This document shows positions 52,750 to 64,000 of a stretch of 64,000 nucleotides of DNA, piece by piece (within the stretch, counting starts at the first letter, position 1; every line of letters starts with the position of its first letter). The notes beneath the pieces are model-generated. The model was not told the origin of the DNA. It ran no database searches and saw only the letters and a list, made by a program, of their open reading frames with translations. Origin of the DNA: Octopus vulgaris (lineage: Eukaryota); NCBI GenBank assembly GCA_951406725.2, contig OX597818.1:88908001-88972000 (forward strand), in the 5' to 3' direction. Position numbers and translations under genes: made by a program.

Positions 52750-54764
52750 CGAGCAGTTACTGTCTATATCTCTTTTAGAGAATTATAAATGATATATATA
52801 TTTATATATATATTCCGTGTGCTTGTGTATTTATGTGAATGAAATTATATTTAAGTTTAAAATACTTATATACATCTGTGCGTCTGTGTGTTTATAAGTG
52901 TTCTTATGTATGCGTGTGTATGTCTTGTGTGTGTATTTGCGTATGTTCCTGCGTGTGTGTGCGTATGTGTTGAGTGTGGTGTGTCACTCCTTGCACAGGT
53001 TGTTGAATGCGGTGGAGTACACCAGTTAGTGTGCGGTGGTGCTGATAGTGACGTTGGTAGTGGTGATGGCTGCAATGGTGGTGATGTTTATTGTGGTGGC
53101 GATGGGTCTAGTGGTGGGGATTATTGTATTGGTGATGATGATGGTGGTGGGGATGGTTGTAGTGATAATATTGGATGTTATGGTGGCGGTGGTTGTACTT
53201 TTGTGATGGTATCGGTGGTAATGATGCAGCTTTTTTTTTTCGCGGGGGTGGGGAGTACTGATGGTTGTTGCAGTGGTGGTGATTGTTAGAGTAGAGGTTG
53301 TACTGTTGTAGTGATGGTACAGTTGCTGCTACTTTTGTTGTTGTTGACGTTAATGGTGGTGACGATGGTTGTTGTAATTGTCGTGGTGGTGGTGGCGGTG
53401 GTGGTGGTGATGGTGACGATGCTAATAATAGTGGTTGTGTTGTGAAGATGTTGGATGTAGTATGATGGTTATATTGTAATAATGGTGGTGGTGGTGGTGG
53501 TGGTGGTGGTGGTGGTGGTGGTGGTGGTGGTGTTTCTGTTTATGTGTTAGTAGTAGTGGTGGTGGTAGTAGGTGATAGTGGTTCTAATGATAATTGTTGT
53601 TATTGTTGTTATGGTTGTGATGGTGGCGGTGGTAGTGGTGGAGTTGTTGTTTGTGATGATGCAGGCACTTGCCGTTGCTAAGGTGACGGGGGGAAGGCAG
53701 TTAATGGCGTGGCGAGGGTGGAAAAAAGCAAAAGTCCCGATAGAGGCCCCCCACCATTACGATCTGTGTGGGGTGGTGATTTTGTTTGTGTATCTGTATG
53801 TGTGTATGCGTGCATGTGTGTGTTTGTGTATATGTGTGTCAGTGTGTGTGTTTGTGTGTGTGTATCAGTGTTTGTGTGTGTGTGAGTATCTGTATGTGTT
53901 TATGCTTGCATGTGTGTGTTTGTGTATATGTGTGTCAGTGTGTGTGTGTTTGTGTGTATGTATCAGTGTTTGTGTGTGTGTGAGTATCTGTATGTGTGTA
54001 TGCGTGCGCGTGTGTGTTTGTGTATTTGTGTGTCAGTGTTTGTGTGTGTTTGTTTGTGTATGTGTGTGTGGGGGGGTGTTTGTGTACATGTGTGTCAGTG
54101 TGTGTTTGTGTATACGTGTCAACGTGTGTGTGTGTGTGTGTATGTGTGTGTGTGAGCATATGTATGCGTTTATGGTGGAGACGGTGGCATGAGGGAGTCG
54201 CAGAGAAATGAGTGGGGTGATTGTGGCGGTGCTGAGGGGTGGGTGAGTGTGTGGTTGAACAGAGGTGGGGGCGTCTACCAACGAGGGAGTAATTGGGAAG
54301 GTAAACTTTCAGTAGGGGTGTATGGGTGCAGCGAGGGAGTAAAGGGAAGCCTTATAAAACGAGGGTTCCTGCAATGGGGGAAGGGGGCAGTTACAAAGGG
54401 GTGCGGAAGATAAGGGTCTAGGAGGTTGGATGCTGTATAACACACCCCCTCATGTCGCCATATTGTTTTTCTTTTTCATTCTTTTACACACTCTCTTCAC
54501 TTTCTTTTTTTACCATCTCTGTCTGTCTCACCGTCTGTCACTCTCTCTCTCTCTCTCTCAAGACAATTGGTGAGATGACTCATAGCAGGCAGAATGACTG
54601 TTTGTCTGTCAGACTGTTTGTCAGCATGTCTGCATGTCTGCTTGGCTGCCTGTCTGTTGGAGCTTCAGCGTCAGTCTGTCTGTCTGCCTGACTGCTCTTT
54701 GAACACAACTAACCAAATTCGTCACTCGCCTGAAGGACATTGAATTTAGACACATGCATAGACA

Positions 54765-54826
<62 letters not shown>

Positions 54827-55017
54827 AACACATACACACAAAAACACACACACACAAAAAACGCATGCACATACACACACATACACATGCATATATAGAA
54901 TAAATATACACATATGTACGAACATACACATGTTTATACATACATACATATAGAAATGTAGGAAAATTTATGTATCTATATATATATATATATGTGTGTG
55001 TGTCTGTGTGTGTATGC

Positions 55018-55079
<62 letters not shown>

Positions 55080-55148
55080 ACAGATATATTGTATTCATAT
55101 ACACCATGTTCATATATATACGTACACACACTCAGACGCACACACAGA

Positions 55149-55210
<62 letters not shown>

Positions 55211-55439
55211 GTATGTATGTATGTATGTATGTATATATATCTACATGCATACATATACCCATTCATACTTATATGCATACATACTCATACATAAATACAG
55301 ATGTGTACATACATATATATGTACAGTTGTGTACATATATATATATATATGTTTAGGAATATATATGTATGTATATATGTATCTATCTATCTATATATAT
55401 ATATATATATATATATAGTAAAGTTTGTAACTTTGTAAG

Positions 55440-55490
<51 letters not shown>

Positions 55491-56135
55491 CATGTACATA
55501 CACACAAATACATGCACACGTATTGAAGTTGAGAGTATATTACCAGTTACCCTGGCGCCTCGCTTCAAACCCCTTGAGTTTGACAAGTGTTACACACGAA
55601 ACTCGATGAGTTAGAGCTAGATTGTTTTCCGTTTCAAAAATAGAATATACATACTTTAAATACCGCATTGATTACCCTCCTCTTTATAAATCCAAACATA
55701 TTTCATGCAAACACACACACACACACATACATACATACACACACAGAACACACATACATTCACAGACATGCTCACACATTCACATGCACGCAAACATACA
55801 TGCATAATCAGGGGGAGAGAAGAGAGGAGACATTTTATACATAACTATGAACGAGAGAGAAAGAGAGAGAGGGGGCCAGAAAGAGAGAGAGAAGGAGGAG
55901 TACTCGGTACTATACGTAGAATAAGATAACTTCTGAGAAGCTAAATTTTCACTGACCATTACTCCGAGTTTCGCCTTGCCGATTTTCAAACGATCATGAA
56001 AAATGGAACAAGCAATTTAATATAGAAAAGAAGTTTTGAATAGTATAATGGCAATGGAATGATACAAATGGTTTCCTTAATTTTACCCTTATAGAAAGGC
56101 AAACCTTAATACACGTATATCTTTTCTATCTTCAG

Positions 56136-56179
56136 ATGCGATCTCATTCAAAAGTGCTCCTCGACCTTATAATGATGCG
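56136..56179 (+). other. Candidate 44-nt exon of an unidentified host gene
   Basis: Branch-like CCTTAAT 56104-56110, acceptor cttttctatcttcAG, donor GTAAGT 56180-85; open as xAISFKSAPRPYNDA or MRSHSKVLLDLIMM; non-repetitive context. Confidence 0.45.
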
Positions 56180-56619
56180 GTAAGTAATGGCGGTTTCATG
56201 CATAACATTTACGGTATGTAAAACTGCTTTAAACCGTTCTGTGCGTTTTCATATCGCTTGTCATTTCTTGACGGATATTTCCTTCAATTTTGCGTATAAC
56301 AACAAATATCATAAGCTGTATCGCAGAAGAAACTGTCAAAACTAGCTATTTTTGTTGCTTGAACTTTGCAAATTTCATCAATTTCAGTACCAAAAATTTA
56401 TTTAACACAAACAAGGTATTATAGTCTTCTAATATAACATCATCGTTATCATTCATCCTCTTAATGGCAACTACTCTTAACCATTCGACTACTGCGATAA
56501 AATACCGTTGGTAACAACTACTCTAGTTCAATAATAATATATGCTATGGGTGCTTAACTCCTGAATAGTGTCTTATGGGCAATATCGTAGGATAAGATGT
56601 GTCTTACTCCTACGATATT

Positions 56620-57388
56620 GCGGCAAGCTGACAGAAACGTTAGCACACCGGGCGAAATGCTTAGCCGTATTTCGTCTGCCGTTACGTTCTGAGTTCAAAT
56701 TCCGCCGAGGTCGACTTTGCCTTTCATCCTTTCGGGGTCGATTAAATAAGTACCAGTTACGCACTGGGGTCGATATAATCGACTTAATCTGTTTATCTGT
56801 CCTTGTTTGTTCCCTCTGTGTTTAGCCCCTTGTGGGTAGTAAAGAAATAGGTATTTCGCCCGTCGCTACGTTCTGAGCTCAAATTCCGTCGAGGTCGACT
56901 TTGCCTTTCATCCTTTCGCGGTCGATTAAATAAGTACCAGTTACGCACTGGGGTCGATATAATCGACTTAATCTGTTCATCTGTCCTTGTTTGTTCCCTC
57001 TATGTTTAGCCCCTTGTGGGTAGTAAAGAAATAGGTATTTCGCCCGTCGCTACGTTCTGAGTTCAAATTCCGTCGAGGTCGACTTTGGCTTTCATCCTTT
57101 CGGGGTCGATAAATCAAGTACCAGTTACGTACTGGGGTCGATATAATCGACTTAATCTGTTCATCTGTCCTTGTTTGTTCCCTCTATGTTTAGCCCCTTG
57201 TGGGTAGTAAAGAAATAGGTATTTCGCCCGTCGCTACGTTCTGAGTTCAAATTCCGTCGAGGTCGACTTTGGCTTTCATCCTTTCGGGGTCGATAAATCA
57301 AGTACCAGTTACGTACTGGGGTTGATTAAATCGACTATCCCCCTCCCCAAAATTTCAGGCCTTGTGCCTATTGTAGAAATGATTATTT
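56620..57388 (+). repeat. SINE C-derived tandem array, 184-bp period, about 3.7 units
   Basis: gtatttcg unit starts at 56667, 56851, 57035 and 57219. Confidence 0.96.
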
Positions 57389-57838
57389 ATTTATTTTACA
57401 TGTGACTGAACGCATCCTTTTCCAGATCTCTCGACGCCTGATTTCTTCTAAAAGAAATTAAAGAGACAGACGGAAATGAAGAATTAGCTGAAGGGCACAA
57501 TCGACCCTGGTTCAGTACTCACTCGTTTATTCATTGATTAGAGAAAGTTGACCTCGTGGGATTTGAACTCAGAGCGCGTTAGTGACTCCACCAGTTGACC
57601 GCCGTAACGTTAACCCTAACCCTAATTTGATAATGTGGATGTATGGAAAATGGGATGATGAAAAGAGAAAATGCATAAATGCGTGCTCAGGTGCGGCACA
57701 AAAGAGACCAAACATTCTGTAATAGCAGATTTCATGCTGCTCTGCATCACTAAGAGGTGGGGGAAGTGATGTATGGTCTGACGAAATCCTAGCTATGTAT
57801 CTTATAATTGCTATATCATCATTATTATTATTATCATT

Positions 57839-58171
57839 GAGTGAGAGAGCAGTTCATGCCATCAAAGTGACACTGGGGTAAAATATACGAAGCCCAATAT
57901 ACCCATCATGACTACCCGTCTGATAAAGGTACACCAGGCACATGCATCACAACCATATGTGCGCGACATGGTGATCTCATATCAAGATAAACAGCACATG
58001 ACCTTGCAGGTGGGGCCCAGTTAGAATTTTCTTCAGGATGAGTAGCCCATCCCGCTCAAAAGGTCTCTGAATAAGGGTTGTTTAAGGATGTTGAAAGAAC
58101 CACCCATGTTTCCAGAGGTGAATTATTCAAACCCCAAAGAATCCCCCCCAACACATGGCCATGATGCTCCC
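57839..58171. mobile_element. Non-coding insertion embedded in an (ATT)n tract
   Basis: Complex, GC-richer 333 bp with sharp borders into ATT repeats on both sides. Confidence 0.55.
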
Positions 58172-58369
<198 letters not shown>

Positions 58370-58409
58370 TGTTGTTGTTGTTGTTGCTGTTGTAAATTTT
58401 TGCCATAAG

Positions 58410-58600
58410 AACAGCTTGTGGGGAGATGGGGATGAACCAATTACATCGAAACCAGTGTTCAACTGGTACTTATTTTATCGACCCCGAAAGGATGAAAGTC
58501 AAAATCAACTTCGGCGGAATTTGAATTCAGAACGTAACAAGAGGGGAATTACCGCTAAGCATTTTGTCTAGTGCGCTAACAAATCTGCTAGCTCACCGCT
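58410..58600 (-). mobile_element. SINE family C
   Basis: tggtacttattttatcgaccccgaaaggatgaaag...gaatttgaattcagaacg. Confidence 0.85.
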
Positions 58601-58607
58601 TTTAATT

Positions 58608-58668
<61 letters not shown>

Positions 58669-58672
58669 TAAT

Positions 58673-59239
58673 AACAAGAGCACCCCATCAACGCAACACC
58701 AACATCCTCTCAACGATTAAGCAGTGATGATTTTTAAAATTAGAGTATCTGAAATAAAACCATTCAATGGATATCATGAAACCTTTTGGTTTCAAAGCTT
58801 TTTCATAGTGGGCCAGATACAGCTAAAAGAATGCCAAGCACGGGCCGGCTAAATATTTTGTTCAATTCAATACAATATAGAATACACTGCATGTACATAA
58901 ATAATAAAGACAGTCATCCTATTTATTTATCAATACATAAAATAATCAAAATAATAAAAACAATAAACATATTTTAATAATACCAAAATATTACAAAGTC
59001 AGAATTTTTAGAAAAAGTGTGCACATAGCTGAATTGCATAAAAAGTAAGCAGCACAAAAGTTAATGAGATTTGTGAATCGGGCATTTTGCTTCCAAATTA
59101 TCATCAACATTTGCTTTTTGATTGCTGCACTCGACCATAAGAATTACTTTCAAATGATCATCAGTGAGCCTTGTTCGATGTATTGACTTCACACACTTCA
59201 TTATCATCAACGTGATTTTTATCCTTATTTTATGAATAC

Positions 59240-59270
<31 letters not shown>

Positions 59271-59361
59271 CAAACATATATATAATTCAAAGAGAGTTAG
59301 AGATTGTGAATCCAACCAACTAAGGGATAGTATCTATCCAATATACTGCTGGTAGAATTCT

Positions 59362-59405
<44 letters not shown>

Positions 59406-59879
59406 GAAAGCCGGAGTGAGAGCTAAAAGTAAAGGAGATAAATGGCAAAGAGAGCGTCGTATGAATGATAAAGGAAGGGGTGATTGATAAATAACGAAGG
59501 AAGGAGTGAAAAAGTCGATAAACGGCGTTTGAAGTGCGAGTATATGTGTATGTAAAAGAGAGATAAGTTTGCGTGTGCGTGTGTGTGTATGTGTGTACGT
59601 ACAATGGAAATGGGATGGTAATGTTCAGCGCTGAAAATGTGTGAGCATATGTGTGTATGTGTGTTCGTGTGAAACTTTACATATACGTATAAAATAAGGA
59701 AAATATAAACAAGAGCACGCAAGAGATCGCAAACCTCCGCCAAGGCAACATCACCATCCTTTCAATGATTAACCGGAAATGATTTTTAAAATGGGAATAT
59801 CTTAAATAAAATCGACTGCTCTCAAACACCAGAATACTAAAAATGAACCCGACCGCTCTCAAACAGAAAGATAATCAAA

Positions 59880-59919
<40 letters not shown>

Positions 59920-60637
59920 TAGGTGAGAATTGAAGGGAGGGGAGATGAAATACTAATACAGTGAAGGAGACGTAGTGAGAGTAATAGCCATGACTGAGAG
60001 GGAGTGAGTGACAGTAATGACAATGAGAAAGTCGAAACGAAGTGGCAAAGAGAGCGTCGTATGAATGAGAAAGGAAAGGGTGATAGAAGGAAGGAATGAA
60101 AAGCCGATAAACAGTGTTTGAAGTGTGTGTGTATGTGTATGTGTAAAAGAAAGATATGTTTGCGTGCGTGTGTGTGTGTGTGCGTGTACAATGGAAATGG
60201 AATGATAATGTTCAATGTTGAAAATGTGTGAGTATATGTGTGTATGTGTGTGCGTGTACAAGAGAACTGTGTGAAACTTTACATATACATGTAAAGTAAA
60301 AGGAATCGGAAAAATAATCCAGAATTTCAAAATCTAATGAGACCGTGCCAATTACAAGGCCAAACATCCCTGAAAGCTTCATCCAGCGGACAAACAACAA
60401 ACACGACTGAAAACAATACCACCACCTTCTCTAAGGCGGGGGCAAAAACAATCCACAATCCTTATCCGATACTGGATCGATCCCAAAATCTAATTAGTTC
60501 GTACCAGTTATGACGCCAAACATCCCTAAAAGTTTCATCCGAATCTATCAAGCGGTTCTTGAGATAACTTGTCCACGGACAAACAAACAAACACGGCTGA
60601 AAAACAATACCACTGCCTTCGCTAAAGCGGAGGCAAT
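58673..60637 (+). mobile_element. Helentron/HINE-like non-autonomous element in partial tandem copies
   Basis: 5' module aacaagagcac at 58673 and 59708 (the second with cctccgcc); internal block duplicated (about 59440-59690 and 60040-60290); 3' module ending in an imperfect hairpin (aaggcggggg / aaagcggagg) at 60420-60444 and 60610-60635. Confidence 0.6.
58786..59210 (-). mobile_element. hAT (SPIN/Buster-like) transposon 3' fragment
   Basis: IMKCVKSIHRTRLTDDHLKVIL...HKSH* resembles the hAT dimerisation C-terminus; terminal-like sequence near 58786. Confidence 0.72.
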
Positions 60638-61304
60638 AATAGTAATGATGATGATGATGATGATGATGATTTCGTTCATTTGCCACAAGGTTATAATGGT
60701 TTCAAAGAAGGCCAGTAATTTTAGGGAGAATGTGTTAGTTGGTTACATCGAACACCAGTGCTTGGCTGATACTTTATTTTATCGGCCCCGGAATTATGAA
60801 AGCTAAAGCTGAATTCAGCATGCTTAGAACTTTGAATTCAGCATGCTTAGAACTTTGAACGTAAGAAGCCAGAAGAAAAGCTGCAAGGCAATTCTCTGAA
60901 AATGAAAGACAACCGTTTTTTTGGGGGGAGGGGGGTCTTTTCTGTTGCTTTTTAAAATCTTGGAGCATGTAAAACTCTACTGTCTCTCATTGGTATGTTT
61001 ACAGTCGACATTTTGTTGAAGAAAACCTCTGTCCGAAATGTTATCTTTTCCACTCACCACTGTTGAAAATGATCTGCTACGAAAAACTAAAGTAGAATAC
61101 TTTATATGAATTCTAAACCCGAAACTAAACCGAAAATATTCAACACCGTTACTAAAAACAACTTACTCTATACGCAAACACGTGTTTGAAAAGTAGAAGA
61201 ACGAAAGCGCTTACACACGAAATGCACGCTATCCGCGAACATCTTCCGCAACGATTGGAGATATTTTGGTAATTAATTGGAGTTCTCTTTTTAAGTATTT
61301 GATT

Positions 61305-61560
61305 TGTCTTTTACTTGTTTTAGCCATTAGACTGCGGCCATACTGGGGCACCGCCTTCGAAAAATTTTCCAGTCGAATCAATTGATCGCAGGATTTCTTT
61401 TTTTTTTTTTCTTTACTGGCTGGTACTTATTCTAGCGTTCTCTTGCCGAACCGCTAAGCTACTAGGACGTAAACAAACAAGAGTTGTCAAGCGAGAGTGG
61501 GGACAAACACAGACACAAAGACACAGACATACACACACACACACATACACAGAAAACACA
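61305..61560 (-). mobile_element. SINE family B, 3' half
   Basis: ttttacttgttt...gactgcggccat.ctggggcaccgcc...gccgaaccgctaag. Confidence 0.82.
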
Positions 61561-61684
61561 CACACTCGCACACGCACACACACACATAAATTGATAACCA
61601 AAAGGAAAGTGGAGATTAATTCACATCCAAAACATTTTTTTTTAAAGTTTTCTACAGCACATATAACTCGGCCCTATATATGTT

Positions 61685-61917
61685 TCTTCTTTACTGCCCA
61701 CAAGGGGCTACACACAGGGAGGGCAAAAAAGGAGAGACAAATGGAATAAATTGATTACATCGACCCCAGTGCGTAACCAGTTACTTAATTTATCGACTCC
61801 GAAAGGATGAAAGGCAAAGTCGACCTCGGCGGAATTTGAACTCAGAACGTAACGGTAGACGAAATACTGCTAAGCATTTCGCCCGGTGTGCCAACGATTC
61901 TGCCAGCTCGCCGCCTT
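61685..61917 (-). mobile_element. SINE family C, full length
   Basis: Ends in ctgccagctcgccgcct; flanked by a duplicated tatatatgtttct. Confidence 0.92.
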
Positions 61918-62108
61918 ATATATGTTTCTACTGCAGCAACTGCACATTGCTCTGTATGTAATTATGCAACCTAGTCACCACGATTTCATCAATGGTTCAT
62001 CACTCAAGAGTCACACCTGCGCCTATAGCTTTCTTTAATTATAGTGACTGTATCAAATAATTTTTTCAAAAGCTTTTAATCATATATGTGTGTGCGTGTG
62101 TGTATATG

Positions 62109-62142
<34 letters not shown>

Positions 62143-62559
62143 ATCAATCCAAGGAAAACTTAATCATTTCCTTCTAAGGGATGTAAAACATTTAATATTT
62201 ACTGGTTCTTCAGTCAGATACCACAATATAGTAGTCAAAAGATCGGAAATTAAAATGGTATAATTTTAACATATAAATATTAAATGAAATAGAGAAATAC
62301 AATTGAAATATAAAAAATGTATTTACATTATAATATAATATATCATAACGTAAATAAATGTGAATTTTTATAAATTCACTAGTGGATATGAGCCGTAGCA
62401 AATTGTAGGATATATGTTTGTATTACCTATTTGTTATATTATTATATTATATTATATTATATTATATCATATATTCTATTACATCTTTTTATCGTATAAT
62501 TATATTGTATTATGATGTAAATAATTTTTTAATATGTCAGTTGTATTACTCTATTTACC

Positions 62560-63690
62560 TACATAGAATATAACTGGAAGAGGTATCTAGATAGCTGGTT
62601 CATTTTTGGCATGATAGTATAGAGAGGCTTAAAGAATTTCAAGCACTTCTAAATGGACTTGACATAAACATTCAGTTTACGATGGAATATAGCCATTAAT
62701 AACTTCCATTCCTCGACATCCTCATAAAGAAATCCAACAGCCAAATAGAAACAGTCATCTACTATAAGCCCACGGACTCCAAGCAATATCTACCGTTCGA
62801 CTCGTGCCACCCCAGACACACTAGAATTAATATCCCTTTCAATCCGGCAAAAAGGATTTGTACTATAGTATCTGATGCAAGTACCAGGGACACACGGCTG
62901 CATGAGCTAAAGGATACACTCATCATCAGTAACTACCCAACATCACTAATTGATATAGGTTCTCAATGTACCCTACAACATTCACGTGCCCTACAACATC
63001 CACGAACTCAGACTTCTCAAACTAAAGAAGGATTTACAACCAAAAGCCCTAATATGCATATCCACACACAATACCATATACAATGAAGCCTTCGACACCA
63101 TGCTCCAGAACATTCCTTTACTAAAAAGGGACCACCGAATGAATCATCCTCCAAGCGCACACCATCATAAAGAGCAAAAGACAACCCAAGTCAATGAAAA
63201 GTCTTCTAATACAAGCACACGTACACTCGTCAACGACATTGAAACCGTTAGTAAAAAATGCAGAAGACCCAACTGTGGTATATGCGTGAATCTAATTGAG
63301 GAATCGGAGTTCTCCTTCAAATAGGGTCAACGTTTTACAGTGAAAAACAACTTCAAATATGCGTCGGAAAACCTAATATATGTGTTAACTTTCGCAGGGC
63401 ACCGAGAGCATTACATAGGTCAAACCAAAAACAGTCTATGCTCGGGGATGACGCTACATAGGTCCTAGTTTAAAATTCAGGAATACAGAAAAACAGCATT
63501 AAGCGAACACATCGACATTTGCGCCACTAATAAACTATCCAACTTCAGAATGTTTCCCCTCTATAAATTCAGAGACAATGCAAACTATAATCAGCGCATT
63601 AGCAAAGAATCACATTTTATTGCAGAATATAAGGACTTTATGAATGCTTCCACCACAGATGACACTACTGCAAGGATCTTAGAATAATAC
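62560..63690 (+). mobile_element. Second Penelope-like element (Neptune-type), 5'-truncated pseudogene
   Basis: WKRYLD, INIQFTMEYS, LPFLDILIKK, IYYKPTDSKQYLPFDSCHPRHTRINIPFN.AKRICTIVSD, CRRPNCGIC, NLIYVLT...YIGQT. Confidence 0.93.
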
Positions 63691-64000
63691 CCACACAAAT
63701 ATTAAAAACCATATATTCAGAACAGCCTCTACTAATTCATTTAGAACAATTCCAATCGCTACTGCTAAAACCACTTCATGTCACTTTTAGGTCACTTGAC
63801 TATTAAAGAAGATTCCACAAACAGTATACTACTGTCATACTACTTCCGTATTTTTCTTTTCTTTCTTCTCTCTCTTCTTTTCCTACTCTTTCTTTTTCTT
63901 CCTCTTCTTTTTCACCGTCTCCTTCCTCAACTGTTGCTGCTTAAACAATCAAAATCTAGAACCAACATTTCTCTGCGCCCATTTCAACTATTTCTTCAGA

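Noticed and set aside
56667-57330. CRISPR-like array
   Set aside because: Whole 184-bp units repeat with no unique spacers; eukaryotic SINE origin
63975-64000. Splice acceptor at the window edge (tatttcttcag)
   Set aside because: Downstream sequence is not visible

Overview
Eukaryotic, AT-rich, repeat-saturated intronic or intergenic DNA. The SINE and microsatellite content is what I would expect of an octopod cephalopod (inference, not verified). There is no intact host gene: almost all ORFs in the track are microsatellite read-throughs, and the only host-gene signal is one candidate 44-nt exon (56136-56179). Decayed mobile elements: two Penelope-like elements (PLEs; RT plus GIY-YIG), several R4/Dong-clade LINE pieces, a young RTE/BovB-like 3' fragment, two Tc1/mariner relics, a hAT fragment, a Helentron-like tandem, and many tRNA-derived SINEs of four families (my labels A-D). 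The main discovery is a set of self-cleaving-RNA motifs. A 309-bp non-coding, almost fully base-paired insertion with a 5-bp TSD splits a LINE RT frame and carries a type I hammerhead ribozyme (a retrozyme-like element, 7852-8160). There is also an antisense hammerhead upstream of a PLE (9156-9233), a minimal hammerhead with a compensatory G3:C8 core inside a 110-bp fold-back insertion (41170-41218), and an HDV-like pseudoknot topology inside a chimeric SINE (47423-47506). All structures were paired by eye and boundaries of decayed repeats are approximate.
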